From an uncultured bacterium (GTDB lineage: Bacteria; Patescibacteriota; Minisyncoccia; Phycocordibacterales; GWA1-40-21): a DNA stretch of 64,000 nucleotides. The notes under the pieces were generated by a model that did not search any database, was not told the origin of the DNA, and saw nothing but the letters and a program-made list of their open reading frames with translations. The translations under genes were made by a program, and so were the position numbers. The first letter of the stretch is position 1; each line of letters opens with the position of its first letter. Of this stretch, positions 17,791 through 27,077 are shown piece by piece. Location of the stretch: positions 83,524-147,523 of the forward strand of contig CAIKXE010000004.1 in assembly GCA_903831305.1 (NCBI GenBank), read 5' to 3'.

Positions 17791-18711
17791 GTGAAGAATA
17801 AGGAAAACATTGCCGGTATATTATGTTTGATAGCGATGTTTTTTGTTATAATCAATCTGTTTGCGGTGGCCTTTCCTCAATATGCAGCGATCTTTTTTGC
17901 TCAAGGTAAAACAGTGGAGGCTGTGGTGGCTAAATATGAGAAGGCCCCAAAGGAGGCCAAAGTAAAAATATTAATTGTGCCTGGACATGAAGCCGATTTT
18001 GGTGGGGCCTTGTATAATGGACTTATCGAGCGTGATATGAACGTGGCTTTAGCAGAAAAGATTTTAAGCGAGCTTAGCCTAAATGAAAAATTTCAGATTA
18101 TTTTAGCCCGTGACTATTATAAATGGAACCCGATTTTAGCTGATTATTTTACCAAGAATTTGGAGGCGATAAAAAAATGGAAGGATGATCAAAAAGGAGC
18201 AATGCTGTCTTTGGTTAAAAATGGCAAAATTCAATTGATTGATTCTGTTCCGCATAGTACTGCCCCAACTGCTCAAGCTTTACGCTTGTACGGTATAAAT
18301 AAGTGGGCCAATGAAAATAAAGTAGATATTGTTTTGCATGTGCACTTTAATGATAATTATCGGAAAAACGGGGTGCCTAAATATAGTGGTTTTTCCGTTT
18401 ATGTCCCCGAGGAACAGTATTCTAACGCGACCTCTAGTGTGGCTCTGGCGGGGGACCTCTTGGCTGAATTATTAAGGATTGGTCATGTGAGTACCTTAGA
18501 GCCGGAGTCGGCTGGGGTGGTGGAAGATCAGGACTTGATTGCTATCGGCAGTTATAATACCGCGGACGCTCTAAGCGTCCTGATTGAGTATGGCTATATT
18601 TATGAGAGCCAGTTTAAAACAAGGGATTTAAGAACTGTTTTTTATGATAAAGCCGCCAAGGCTACCACTCAAGGTGTTGTGAATTTCTTTGAAAGTCGCT
18701 CGTCTTTTTAG
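17791..18711 (+). CDS. N-acetylmuramoyl-L-alanine amidase-like (Amidase_3-like) protein with N-terminal TM
   Basis: ILIVPGHEADFGGA ... DIVLHVHFND resembles Amidase_3 metal-binding pattern. Confidence 0.45.
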   Translation: MKNKENIAGILCLIAMFFVIINLFAVAFPQYAAIFFAQGKTVEAVVAKYEKAPKEAKVKILIVPGHEADFGGALYNGLIERDMNVALAEKILSELSLNEKFQIILARDYYKWNPILADYFTKNLEAIKKWKDDQKGAMLSLVKNGKIQLIDSVPHSTAPTAQALRLYGINKWANENKVDIVLHVHFNDNYRKNGVPKYSGFSVYVPEEQYSNATSSVALAGDLLAELLRIGHVSTLEPESAGVVEDQDLIAIGSYNTADALSVLIEYGYIYESQFKTRDLRTVFYDKAAKATTQGVVNFFESRSSF

Positions 18712-19986
18712 CTAATTTAGTTTGTCTAGCTCCTCTTTGGCTACCACGGCATCACTCCAGGGCTCTTTGGCTGCATTTTTACGCATGATATATGGGTCCG
18801 TGCCCTTACCAGTGATAAGGATGATTACTTTTTTATTATCCTGAGGGAGTTTAGCTAGACGAATGGATTCAGCAATCGCGGCTCGGCGGTCCATAATAAT
18901 TTTCGTTTTGTCTCGATTTGTAAACTTGGCCATATCTTCAACTATTTCTAGCGGGTCATCATCATAAGGATCTTCATCTGTGAGGATTATCTCATCACAA
19001 TATTTTTCCGCTATCAGGGCCATCTCTTTTCTCTTCCATTTGTCACGGCCACCGCCACAGCTACCCAGGACGCAGATTTTTCTTTTATTAGGAAATGAAG
19101 AATATAGCGCCTGCAGGGAATCAGCGGTGTGGGCATAATCCACCAATACATCAATTCCTAAGTCGTTTGGTATCTTTTCGGCTCGGCCCTTTATCTCAGT
19201 CACTTTTTCTAGGCCGGCTTTTATGGAGTCCATACTGATACCTAAGGCCCGGGCATAGGCGGTAGCGGCGAGCATATTATAAACATTGAACTTACCGGGT
19301 AGCTTGCTTTGGACTTTTACTGTTTCACAGACAAAATCCACTCCATTATCATGACAGACTAAAGGCTCACCATCTTTAAGAGAGTAGGGGGCTTTCTTCT
19401 CAACATTTATAGCGAGGAAAAACTTACTCTCTGGATCATCTGTGTTAGCGGCAATGATTTTATTCCTTTTGGGGGATTTTTCTAAGGCCTCGGCAATACT
19501 TAGCTTGGCCTTTAAATATTTTTCATAAGAGCCGTGAGACTCAATATGTTCAGGAGCTATATTGGTAAAAATCAAGGCATCCAAATCAATAAATTTGTGG
19601 CGGTATTGTTTGGCCGCTTCAGAAGATATTTCAATGATGGCATAGTCACAGTGGGCGTTTACGGCCTGGCGCAGGAAGTGTTGGATGAAAAACCGGCCGG
19701 GCATCGTCATTTTAAACATATTTGGTTTGGACTCATTACGTATTTTGAAACGCAAGGTACCAGCGAGGGCGGTGACAAAACCCGCTTCCTCTAATATGGC
19801 ATTTACAAATTCTACAGTGGAGGTTTTACCTTTTGTGCCAGTGACAGCCACCACTTTTATTTTACGGGAAGGGAAGCGGTAAATCAGAGCCCCTAAAAGA
19901 GCTAGAGTATAATGATAAACTGGTTGAGCCAGAGTAAACACTTTTGTGGGTATTAGTTTTTTAATTTTTCTTAGAATCTTTTCCAT
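18712..19986 (-). CDS. Mur ligase family protein (MurE-like)
   Basis: VAVTGTKGKTST P-loop, DYAIIEISSE, central and C-terminal Mur ligase domains (DYAHTADSL, LGSCGGGRDKWKR). Confidence 0.7.
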   Translation of the reverse strand: MEKILRKIKKLIPTKVFTLAQPVYHYTLALLGALIYRFPSRKIKVVAVTGTKGKTSTVEFVNAILEEAGFVTALAGTLRFKIRNESKPNMFKMTMPGRFFIQHFLRQAVNAHCDYAIIEISSEAAKQYRHKFIDLDALIFTNIAPEHIESHGSYEKYLKAKLSIAEALEKSPKRNKIIAANTDDPESKFFLAINVEKKAPYSLKDGEPLVCHDNGVDFVCETVKVQSKLPGKFNVYNMLAATAYARALGISMDSIKAGLEKVTEIKGRAEKIPNDLGIDVLVDYAHTADSLQALYSSFPNKRKICVLGSCGGGRDKWKRKEMALIAEKYCDEIILTDEDPYDDDPLEIVEDMAKFTNRDKTKIIMDRRAAIAESIRLAKLPQDNKKVIILITGKGTDPYIMRKNAAKEPWSDAVVAKEELDKLN

Positions 19987-19997
19987 TGGTTTTAATT

Positions 19998-20567
19998 TTA
20001 TTGTTTTCCTAAGTGTTTGAGAGCCGCTTTGACTCGGTCACTCGTGGTAATAAGGCTCTTATCTATTTCCTGAAGGGCTTCACGTGATTCACGGTGAGAA
20101 TAGCCTAAGGATTTTAAGGCCTCTAGAGCGTCAATCTCTTCTTTGAGACCGAGACTTACTTCTTCATAGCTACCAAGTTTGCCCTTGAGCTCTAGCACTA
20201 TTTTATCAGCCATCTTTTTACCCAAGCCAGAAACTTTGGTCAGGTGAGCGGTCTCCCCGGTGGAAATAGCTTTACGCAATGAATCCACCGTGGCAACATT
20301 TAGTATCCCTAACGCCGTCTTAGGCCCGACGCCGGAGATAGTAATCAATAATTCAAAAAAGTCCAATTCTTTTTTATCCGCAAAACCATAAAGGTCCAGG
20401 GCATTCTCTCGGACAGCGAGGTACGTCCAGATCTTTTGGGTCAGATCCACTTTAGCTAGGTTTAATAATTCAGTGGTACCAAACACCTTATAACCAATGT
20501 TATTGGTTTCTACGATGACAAATTTGTCGGCTTTATAGATTATCTTTCCAGTTATTTGTGAGATCAT
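19998..20567 (-). CDS. ruvA: Holliday junction DNA helicase RuvA
   Basis: MISQITGKI..., HhH pairs (GVGPKTAL), C-terminal RuvB-binding domain. Confidence 0.9.
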   Translation of the reverse strand: MISQITGKIIYKADKFVIVETNNIGYKVFGTTELLNLAKVDLTQKIWTYLAVRENALDLYGFADKKELDFFELLITISGVGPKTALGILNVATVDSLRKAISTGETAHLTKVSGLGKKMADKIVLELKGKLGSYEEVSLGLKEEIDALEALKSLGYSHRESREALQEIDKSLITTSDRVKAALKHLGKQ

Positions 20568-20580
20568 AAATTAATTATAG

Positions 20581-20640
20581 CACACCACCCCGGTTATCAG
20601 AATAACCACCCCTCCTTGACTAAGGAGGGGAAAGGGGAGG
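20581..20640. repeat. two-hairpin miniature repeat element, copy B
   Basis: CACACCACCCC-GGTTATCAGAATAACC-ACCCCTCCTTGACTAAGGAGGGG-AAAGGGGAGG; compensatory changes relative to copy A. Confidence 0.6.
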
Positions 20641-20705
20641 TCATGTTGCTTTTTTGTCTTGTCTGTGTTATCTTTTCTTGGCAATAACTAATTAATAAAA
20701 AATCA

Positions 20706-20972
20706 ATGCCTATAACTTCATCTGCCAAAAAGGCCTTAAGGGCCTCAAAACACAAAGCCGTTTTTAATCTTCGAAGAAAAGACGCTATTTCTGATGTTGT
20801 CAAAAAGCTTAAGAAGCTCGTCTTGGCTAAAGATATTAAGAAAGCCGAGGCTCTACTCCCAACCGCTTTCCAGGCCATAGATAAAGCTTGCAAGACCAAG
20901 TTAATCCACAAGAATACCGCCTCCCGTAAGAAAAGCCGTCTAGCCAAAATGCTCGCTAAGGCATCTAAATAA
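20706..20972 (+). CDS. rpsT: 30S ribosomal protein S20
   Basis: MPITSSAKKALRASKHKAVFN... typical S20. Confidence 0.9.
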   Translation: MPITSSAKKALRASKHKAVFNLRRKDAISDVVKKLKKLVLAKDIKKAEALLPTAFQAIDKACKTKLIHKNTASRKKSRLAKMLAKASK

Positions 20973-20980
20973 TTAAAACA

Positions 20981-21008
20981 AAAACCACTCGGGAACGAGT
21001 GGTTTTTT
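20981..21008 (+). terminator. hairpin aaaaccactcg-ggaa-cgagtggtttt plus T run
   Basis: read directly. Confidence 0.65.
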
Positions 21009-21018
21009 GATTTAATTG

Positions 21019-21090
21019 TCCCCCTGGCAGGAATCGAACCTGCATTTCTCCCTTCGCAGGGGAGTGTCCTATCCATTGAACGACAAGAGG
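21019..21090 (-). tRNA. tRNA-Arg; anticodon reads GCG by hand fold (unusual)
   Basis: acceptor CCTCTTG/CAGGGGG (two GU), D arm GTTC/GGAC, anticodon stem CTCCC/GGGAG loop CTGCGAA, T arm GCAGG-TTCGATT-CCTGC. Confidence 0.6.
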
Positions 21091-21116
21091 AATTTAAAAA
21101 CTCTAACACAAATAGG

Positions 21117-21596
21117 CTAAAATCCCAAGTATTCCATGATTTTATGAGAAGCGGGTTCGGTGAGCTCTTTTTCTTCTAGAAAGTTTTTTAAATATGAGGA
21201 AACGTCATTTACGCTGTCTTCATGGACCGGGATAATGATAAAAGGTAGCACGGCTTTTTTCAAGTGTAGAATTAATTTGGGCTCACCCAGCCGTGTTTCT
21301 AACCAGAAGGCTTCAATAGTGAGGTAGGGATGCAAATCTTGGTTTATTATAATACCACGCTCGTTTATCTCATACTGTACATCTTGCGGTATCCGCAGAG
21401 TGTAAAAAATCAGGACCACCGCTGAGAGTAGTATCAATATACCAAACAAAGCATTGTCAAAAATAAAAGCCAAAACAACCACGCAGACTATGATGATGCC
21501 CACCGCCCAAAACCAATCCGCACTTCTTTGATAGTGATGATATTCGGGCGCTTGCCATTTGAGAGATGAATCTTCCACGGGATAATTATAACACAA
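21117..21596 (-). CDS. hypothetical membrane protein (2 TM)
   Basis: hydrophobic core helices; no motif recognised. Confidence 0.4.
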   Translation of the reverse strand: MCYNYPVEDSSLKWQAPEYHHYQRSADWFWAVGIIIVCVVVLAFIFDNALFGILILLSAVVLIFYTLRIPQDVQYEINERGIIINQDLHPYLTIEAFWLETRLGEPKLILHLKKAVLPFIIIPVHEDSVNDVSSYLKNFLEEKELTEPASHKIMEYLGF

Positions 21597-21663
21597 TTCT
21601 ATTTTTAAATAAAAGCAAAGATTGTCAGAGCTTTTATCTAAGTGTTAAATGAGGTAAGATTAG

Positions 21664-23055
21664 GTGATGGAAAAGAATTTTACATTTATCATCATGGGGG
21701 TGACGGGGGACTTGGCAAAATTAAAGCTTATTCCCGCTATTTATAAATTATTAAAGTTAAATACCGTGGCTGAGGCGGCACTTATCGGTGTAGCTCGGTC
21801 AGAAAATACTATCCAAGCTATTTTGGCGGAGGCAAAAAAGAATATTAGGGAAGTAGATGAAGTAGTTTGGCAGAAACTCTGTAATTCAGCGTATTATGAG
21901 CGTTTGGATTTTGCGGAATTAGATGATTTTGAAAATTTAAAAAATAAAATAGTTGCGGTAGAAGAGAAGCACGGCTTGTCACATAATCGCTTGTTTTATT
22001 TAGCAACCCTACCTGAACATTTTGAAGTAGCAACGGTGAATTTGGCTAAGGTGGGTCTGGTAAATAGTAAGGATGATAAATGGGAAAGGGTGCTCTATGA
22101 AAAGCCTTTTGGTGATAGTTTGCACTCAGCCAGGCAGATTAATAAAGAAATTGATAAGGTTTTCTTAGAAGAAAACGTGTATCGAGTGGACCATTATTTA
22201 GGCAAGGAATTAGTGGGGAATATTGCTCTTCTACGCTTTACCAACCGTGTTTTGGAACCACTGTGGAGTCGGGTGCATATTGACTCGGTGCAGATTATTT
22301 GTGATGAAAATTTTGGAATAAAAAACCGTGGAAATTATTATGATAAATATGGTGCGGTTAAGGATTTTTTACAGAATCATATTTTGCAAATGCTTTCTTT
22401 GGTAGCCATGGAGTCACCCAAGCTTATTTCTGGGGAATATTTGAGAAATGAGAAAGTAAGGGTTTTAAAGAAAACAAAAATAGTAGATATTTTACTCGGG
22501 CAATATGAGGGTTATGAAAATGAAAGGGGAATTACGCCAGGCTCAAAAACCGAGACGTTTTTTGCGGCAAAACTTTTGGTAAATAATCGCCGTTGGCGCG
22601 GGGTGCCTTTTTTTGTGCGAGCGGGTAAAAATCTGACTAAAAAGGAGACAGTTATTCATATCCGTTTTAAGGCGGTGGATTGCCTTTTGGCCAAGTCTTG
22701 CCCGGCGGATAATAACTATCTGACCATCCGGATTGATCCAAACGAAGGTTTTTCTCTTGAGCTAAATTCCAAGTCCTTACGTAAGGGTTTTGAAGTGGAG
22801 ACTGTAGATATGGATTATTCACATAATTCTGTCCATGGTGTAAATACCCCTGAGGCTTATGAGGTTCTCTTGGAACAGGCGGTTTTAGGTGAGCAGGCTT
22901 TATTTGTTCGTAATGATGAAGTGGAGTTAGCTTGGAAAATAGTAGACCGAATAGATTTTAAAAAATTGGAAGTTTATAAATATCCGGTTGGTAGTTCTGG
23001 TCCTTTGGAACTTACTGATTGGAACAAGAAAAATAATATAATATGGAAATCGTAA
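21664..23055 (+). CDS. zwf: glucose-6-phosphate 1-dehydrogenase
   Basis: N-terminal GVTGDLAKLKLIPAIY, RVDHYLGKE active-site motif. Confidence 0.88.
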   Translation: MMEKNFTFIIMGVTGDLAKLKLIPAIYKLLKLNTVAEAALIGVARSENTIQAILAEAKKNIREVDEVVWQKLCNSAYYERLDFAELDDFENLKNKIVAVEEKHGLSHNRLFYLATLPEHFEVATVNLAKVGLVNSKDDKWERVLYEKPFGDSLHSARQINKEIDKVFLEENVYRVDHYLGKELVGNIALLRFTNRVLEPLWSRVHIDSVQIICDENFGIKNRGNYYDKYGAVKDFLQNHILQMLSLVAMESPKLISGEYLRNEKVRVLKKTKIVDILLGQYEGYENERGITPGSKTETFFAAKLLVNNRRWRGVPFFVRAGKNLTKKETVIHIRFKAVDCLLAKSCPADNNYLTIRIDPNEGFSLELNSKSLRKGFEVETVDMDYSHNSVHGVNTPEAYEVLLEQAVLGEQALFVRNDEVELAWKIVDRIDFKKLEVYKYPVGSSGPLELTDWNKKNNIIWKS

Positions 23056-23969
23056 AACGGATTGGTTTTATTGGTTTGGGACGGATGGGGTCAAATATGG
23101 TCTACAATCTTTTAGATAAGAAATATGAAGTGGTAGTATTTAATCGGACGCAAGAAAAGATGGCTGAGCCAATCAAGGCGGGAGCGATAGGGTCCTCGTC
23201 TATTTCCGAATTAGTAAAGCTCATAACCCTAAATGAAACACCGGGCAAGCCTGAACGCAAAGTCATCTGGCTCATGGTCAATGCCGGGGAAGCGCTAGAC
23301 CAAGTCTTGGCCGAACTTACTCCGCTTTTGAAGGAGGGCGATATTGTGGTGGATGGTGGTAACTCATATTATCAGGACTCTCAAAAAAGGTATGCCGGTC
23401 TAAAAAAACTTGGTGTGAGCTTCTTGGACTGTGGTACTTCCGGGGGGATGGGGGGAGCGAGGAATGGCGCTTGCCTCATGATTGGCGGGGACCGGGAGAG
23501 CTTTGACTATGTTAAGAATGTTTTTCAGGATCTGGCTTTGCCGGACGGTTTTGCTTATCTTGGTCAGAGCGGGGCGGGGCATTATGTAAAGATGGTTCAC
23601 AACGGTATTGAGTACGGTATGATGTCAGCCTTGGGCGAGGGGTTTGAGACGATTAAAAATTCGGACTTAAATATTGATTTGAAGGAAGTCGCTAAAGTGT
23701 ATTCTCATGGCAGTATTGTGGAGAGTAAACTCATGGGTTGGCTTGCGGAGTCATTTAATGAGGAAGGTTATTTGGATGCTATTTCAGGTGAAGTGCCAAA
23801 GGGGGAGACTGAAGAAGAAATGAAGAAGCTAAACGAGGCTTCTCATATGCCGAGCCTGGCGAGCGCCATAAAAGTGCGGGAAGAGTCACGACTCAAGCCG
23901 TCATATGCTGGCAAGCTGATCTCTGCTATGCGTAACAAATTCGGTGGGCATAAGGTAAATAAGGCCTAG
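23043..23969 (+). CDS. gnd: 6-phosphogluconate dehydrogenase (decarboxylating), short form
   Basis: Rossmann IGFIGLGRMGSNM, overlaps zwf stop. Confidence 0.82.
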   Translation: MEIVKRIGFIGLGRMGSNMVYNLLDKKYEVVVFNRTQEKMAEPIKAGAIGSSSISELVKLITLNETPGKPERKVIWLMVNAGEALDQVLAELTPLLKEGDIVVDGGNSYYQDSQKRYAGLKKLGVSFLDCGTSGGMGGARNGACLMIGGDRESFDYVKNVFQDLALPDGFAYLGQSGAGHYVKMVHNGIEYGMMSALGEGFETIKNSDLNIDLKEVAKVYSHGSIVESKLMGWLAESFNEEGYLDAISGEVPKGETEEEMKKLNEASHMPSLASAIKVREESRLKPSYAGKLISAMRNKFGGHKVNKA

Positions 23970-23984
23970 CCTTGATCTATAATT

Positions 23985-24020
23985 GTAAACACCCCAGGGA
24001 CACAGGTTCCGTGGGGTGTT
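23985..24020 (-). terminator. hairpin acacccc...ggggtgt after GC-rich minus-strand ORF
   Basis: read directly. Confidence 0.45.
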
Positions 24021-24042
24021 TTGTGTAGGTGAGCGCGGTGGC

Positions 24043-24273
24043 TCAGGTGAGGAAGAGACCGAGGGTCTGCTGGTCTTCGGGTTCTTCGGCCACATACCAG
24101 GAACTGACGATGAGCACACTGTGAGTTTTGGGGTGCTTGCTAGGCCACTCTTTGAGTGCCCGTTTTTCCCGTTCGTTTTGGTTCAGACGTTGCTCTGAAA
24201 CAACGTCAATCTCCCCGGTGACCGGTTTGTCGCGTACACTCAAGGCGCTGATCATGACTCGGTACCTGTACAT
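24043..24273 (-). CDS. small hypothetical protein (76 aa; alternative upstream ATG at 24297) in GC-rich island
   Basis: SD AAGGAGG 7 nt before ATG MYRYRVMIS...; G/C-ending codons. Confidence 0.35.
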   Translation of the reverse strand: MYRYRVMISALSVRDKPVTGEIDVVSEQRLNQNEREKRALKEWPSKHPKTHSVLIVSSWYVAEEPEDQQTLGLFLT

Positions 24274-24595
24274 CCGCTCCTCCTTTGGCTTCTCCAACTC
24301 GTGGCTATTTGCCGCACATATCTTTTACCAATATATACCTTCAATTATTTTTGTAAAGATTATAAATATTTTTAGTCAAATCTTGTTTTTATACAATTTT
24401 AAAAAATTAGGCATTTAACGCCTCTTTTGCTCAGTAAAATATTACCCTGTCCGTCATGACAGAGAAAGACGATAGATATGCCAGTGTAGTCTTTTCCTTT
24501 ATCCATATTTGGATTATATCATAATTAATAAGGCTTGAAAAAATGCCAGAAATATGAGACTATTGTGCAGAAGCAGGGTTTTGCCCCTACTTGAC

Positions 24596-24682
24596 GGATG
24601 GGTGTCGGAGTGGTCTAACGAAACAGTCTTGAAAACTGTCGCCCGGGAAACTGGGCCGTGAGTTCGAATCTCACCCCATCCG
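24596..24682 (+). tRNA. tRNA-Ser (anticodon UGA)
   Basis: acceptor GGATGGG/CCCATCC, anticodon stem ACAGT/ACTGT loop CTTGAAA, long variable arm, T arm GTGAG-TTCGAAT-CTCAC. Confidence 0.85.
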
Positions 24683-24837
24683 CATTGTTAAAAAATTTAT
24701 GCTATAATAAATATCTTATTAGCGTAATTAATCCTAAACCAAAATAAATATTTTGGTCGGACAAGAAAAAAATGGCAAAAGGAAATAATCGACAGCAAAA
24801 AGAGAAGAAGAAACCAAAGAAGGCAAAATAATTAAAA

Positions 24838-24877
24838 ACAGCGGAGGGTTCAGACCTGAACCCTCCGCTGTTTTTTT
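24838..24877. terminator. perfect 15-bp hairpin cagcggagggttcag-acc-ctgaaccctccgctg plus T run (bidirectional)
   Basis: read directly. Confidence 0.7.
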
Positions 24878-24883
24878 ATTTGA

Positions 24884-25135
24884 TTATATTTGAGGTGGAG
24901 TCACAGTTGTCTGAGGAACAACTGATTTCTTTGTTTTATAATACATATAAGCTAGGTAGATTATCTCACCTACACCGAGGGTATTTATAACCAAGAGGAT
25001 AATAAAGATGACCAGCTGATTATTCCGCCCCGCCTTCCATAAAGCTAAGCCTTTCCAAATCAATGACCAAATCATAACAATGATAAACATTGTTATTTGT
25101 TGAGAGGTAAGCTCGCTCGGTAAACCACTAAACAT
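24884..25135 (-). CDS. small membrane protein (83 aa, 2 TM)
   Basis: two hydrophobic helices; no motif recognised. Confidence 0.4.
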   Translation of the reverse strand: MFSGLPSELTSQQITMFIIVMIWSLIWKGLALWKAGRNNQLVIFIILLVINTLGVGEIIYLAYMYYKTKKSVVPQTTVTPPQI

Positions 25136-25228
25136 ATTTTTAATTTATTAATATTTATAAAATCGACTATCATAGTATATACCTGGGGTGTGTTTTCTCA
25201 AAATCACTTTTTAGTGTAAGATAGGGAG

Positions 25229-25612
25229 ATGAAATATTTAGGTATTGATTTTGGGGAAAAACGGGTAGGAATAGCTATATCTGATGAAGATGGCAAGTTT
25301 GCTTTTCCGACGACGGTTTTGACTAATGATTCTGATTTAATGAAAAATATTGTAGATTTGTGTATGAAAAATAATGCAGAGGCAGTGGTGATGGGGGAAT
25401 CTCGTAATTTTCAGGGACAGATAAATAATATTATGTGGAAAATTGAGGGGTTTAAAAAGCAGTTAGAGACTATCGGTTTTAAGGTGGTATTTGAGCCAGA
25501 GTTTATGACTTCTATTCAGGCGAGCCAGATCACCGGGGAAAATAAGATGCTTGATGCTTCGGCGGCGGCCATAATTTTACAAGCGTATTTAAACAGACAA
25601 AATAATGGATAA
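25229..25612 (+). CDS. ruvX: putative pre-16S rRNA nuclease / Holliday junction resolvase-like YqgF (RuvX)
   Basis: MKYLGIDFGEKRVGIAISD start, RNase H-like. Confidence 0.85.
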   Translation: MKYLGIDFGEKRVGIAISDEDGKFAFPTTVLTNDSDLMKNIVDLCMKNNAEAVVMGESRNFQGQINNIMWKIEGFKKQLETIGFKVVFEPEFMTSIQASQITGENKMLDASAAAIILQAYLNRQNNG

Positions 25613-25943
25613 AATAATTTATGATGATTTTAAAAAAGTAGAAATCAAGATCGGTAAGATCCTGACAGTGGAGAGAATTGAAAAATCTGAGAAGTTATTA
25701 AAACTATCTGTGGATTTTGCAGAAGAAACGGGCCCTCGGCAGATTTTATCTGGTATTGCCAAGTATTTTCCCAATATTGAGGATTTGATCGGCAAGAAAT
25801 GCCCTTTTGTCACTAATCTGGAGCCTAAACCCATGATGGGAATGGAAAGTAACGGTATGATCTTGGCCGTGGGGGGCGGGGATGACCCTTTTTCTCTCTT
25901 TGAAGTAGCAGACGAAGGTCTTGTGGGTAAGATAATAAAATAA
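25605..25943 (+). CDS. tRNA-binding domain protein (CsaA/Trbp111-like, EMAP fold)
   Basis: DFKKVEIKIGKILTVE...KLLKLSVDFAEE...ILSGIAKYF typical of the MetRS C-terminal-like tRNA-binding domain. Confidence 0.7.
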   Translation: MDKIIYDDFKKVEIKIGKILTVERIEKSEKLLKLSVDFAEETGPRQILSGIAKYFPNIEDLIGKKCPFVTNLEPKPMMGMESNGMILAVGGGDDPFSLFEVADEGLVGKIIK

Positions 25944-25996
25944 ATTAAGCTACCCATCTTTCTTTCTTTGTAAATTAAGAAAAAAATATGTTATAA

Positions 25997-27076
25997 TTGA
26001 GACATAAAATTATGTCGCAACAAGTTCCTTATTCTAAATTATTTACTCCACCCCGTTTCCTAGAGATGGCTTCTGTCTCGGTGGAAATAAAGCCCCGAGG
26101 TATTACTTTTCTATCCACTAAAAATACGGAGAGAGGTCTATTACCAGATGTTTATGGAGTGATACCCTTACCAGAGAATGCTGTCGCTTTTGGGGAGATA
26201 ATAAAAAAGGAGCCCGTTATCAAGGCTTTGGTGGAAATCAAAAAGAGAACCAAAGTTGACTTTGTCCGCTATTCTATCCCTGAGGAAAAAAGTTATATTT
26301 TTATGGTTAATCTACCGCTTCTAAAGCCTAAGGAAATGCGTGATATTTTGGATTTTAAAATAGAGGAAAATGTCTCTCTTTCAGCCAAGGAAGCAGTGTT
26401 TGATTATGATATCGTTCCTGGATCCACCTATAAATCTAATTTAGACGTAGTAGTTTCCGTGGTCCCACTAGATATAGTGGAAGAAATGCAGTCCCTATGC
26501 CTTCAGGCCGGGTTAACTCCTATTTCCTTTAGCTCAGAGTCTAGTAACGTCGCTCGATCCGTCATAAAGAGCTCTAATGAACAAGTGATTATTGTCGTAT
26601 ATATTCGTGAGGCTAACATCATATTATCGCTCGTTGTTCATGGTGTGGTGTGTCAGACCTCGTCTGTAAATTTTGGCAGCTCTACTTTTACGGATTTGCT
26701 GGCCAAGTATTTTAAAGTGTCTTTAGCTGAGGCAGAGGAGATAAAAAAGGAGAAGCTGTATACTGACAATCCTGACAACATGGAAGTCTTTTCTTATTTG
26801 ATCAACACTATTTCTGCTATTAAAGATGAACTTTTCAAGTTTATTTCTTATTGCAACGAGCGTGAAGACGTGACCGGTCAAGTTGATCGGGTTATCTTGT
26901 GTGGGCAGGATGCTTTGATGATGGGTTTTGATAAATATCTATCCCTAAATTTGGATATACGTGTAGACGTGGCAAATGTCTGGGTAAATAACTTTGATTT
27001 GGATAAGTATGTGCCAGACATTAATCATGTGGCTTCGCAGAATTTATTAACCGTAAACGGTCTTAGTTTATTATAA
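25997..27076 (+). CDS. pilM: type IV pilus assembly protein PilM-like (actin-like ATPase fold)
   Basis: size, position ahead of PilN/O-like bitopic proteins. Confidence 0.6.
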   Translation: MRHKIMSQQVPYSKLFTPPRFLEMASVSVEIKPRGITFLSTKNTERGLLPDVYGVIPLPENAVAFGEIIKKEPVIKALVEIKKRTKVDFVRYSIPEEKSYIFMVNLPLLKPKEMRDILDFKIEENVSLSAKEAVFDYDIVPGSTYKSNLDVVVSVVPLDIVEEMQSLCLQAGLTPISFSSESSNVARSVIKSSNEQVIIVVYIREANIILSLVVHGVVCQTSSVNFGSSTFTDLLAKYFKVSLAEAEEIKKEKLYTDNPDNMEVFSYLINTISAIKDELFKFISYCNEREDVTGQVDRVILCGQDALMMGFDKYLSLNLDIRVDVANVWVNNFDLDKYVPDINHVASQNLLTVNGLSLL

Positions 27077-27077
27077 A

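Noticed and set aside
20597-21109. ORF 20597..21109 (-) 170 aa
   Set aside because: It is antisense across rpsT and the repeat element, extends into tRNA-Arg and has a Ser/Leu-rich low-complexity product, so it is a shadow ORF.
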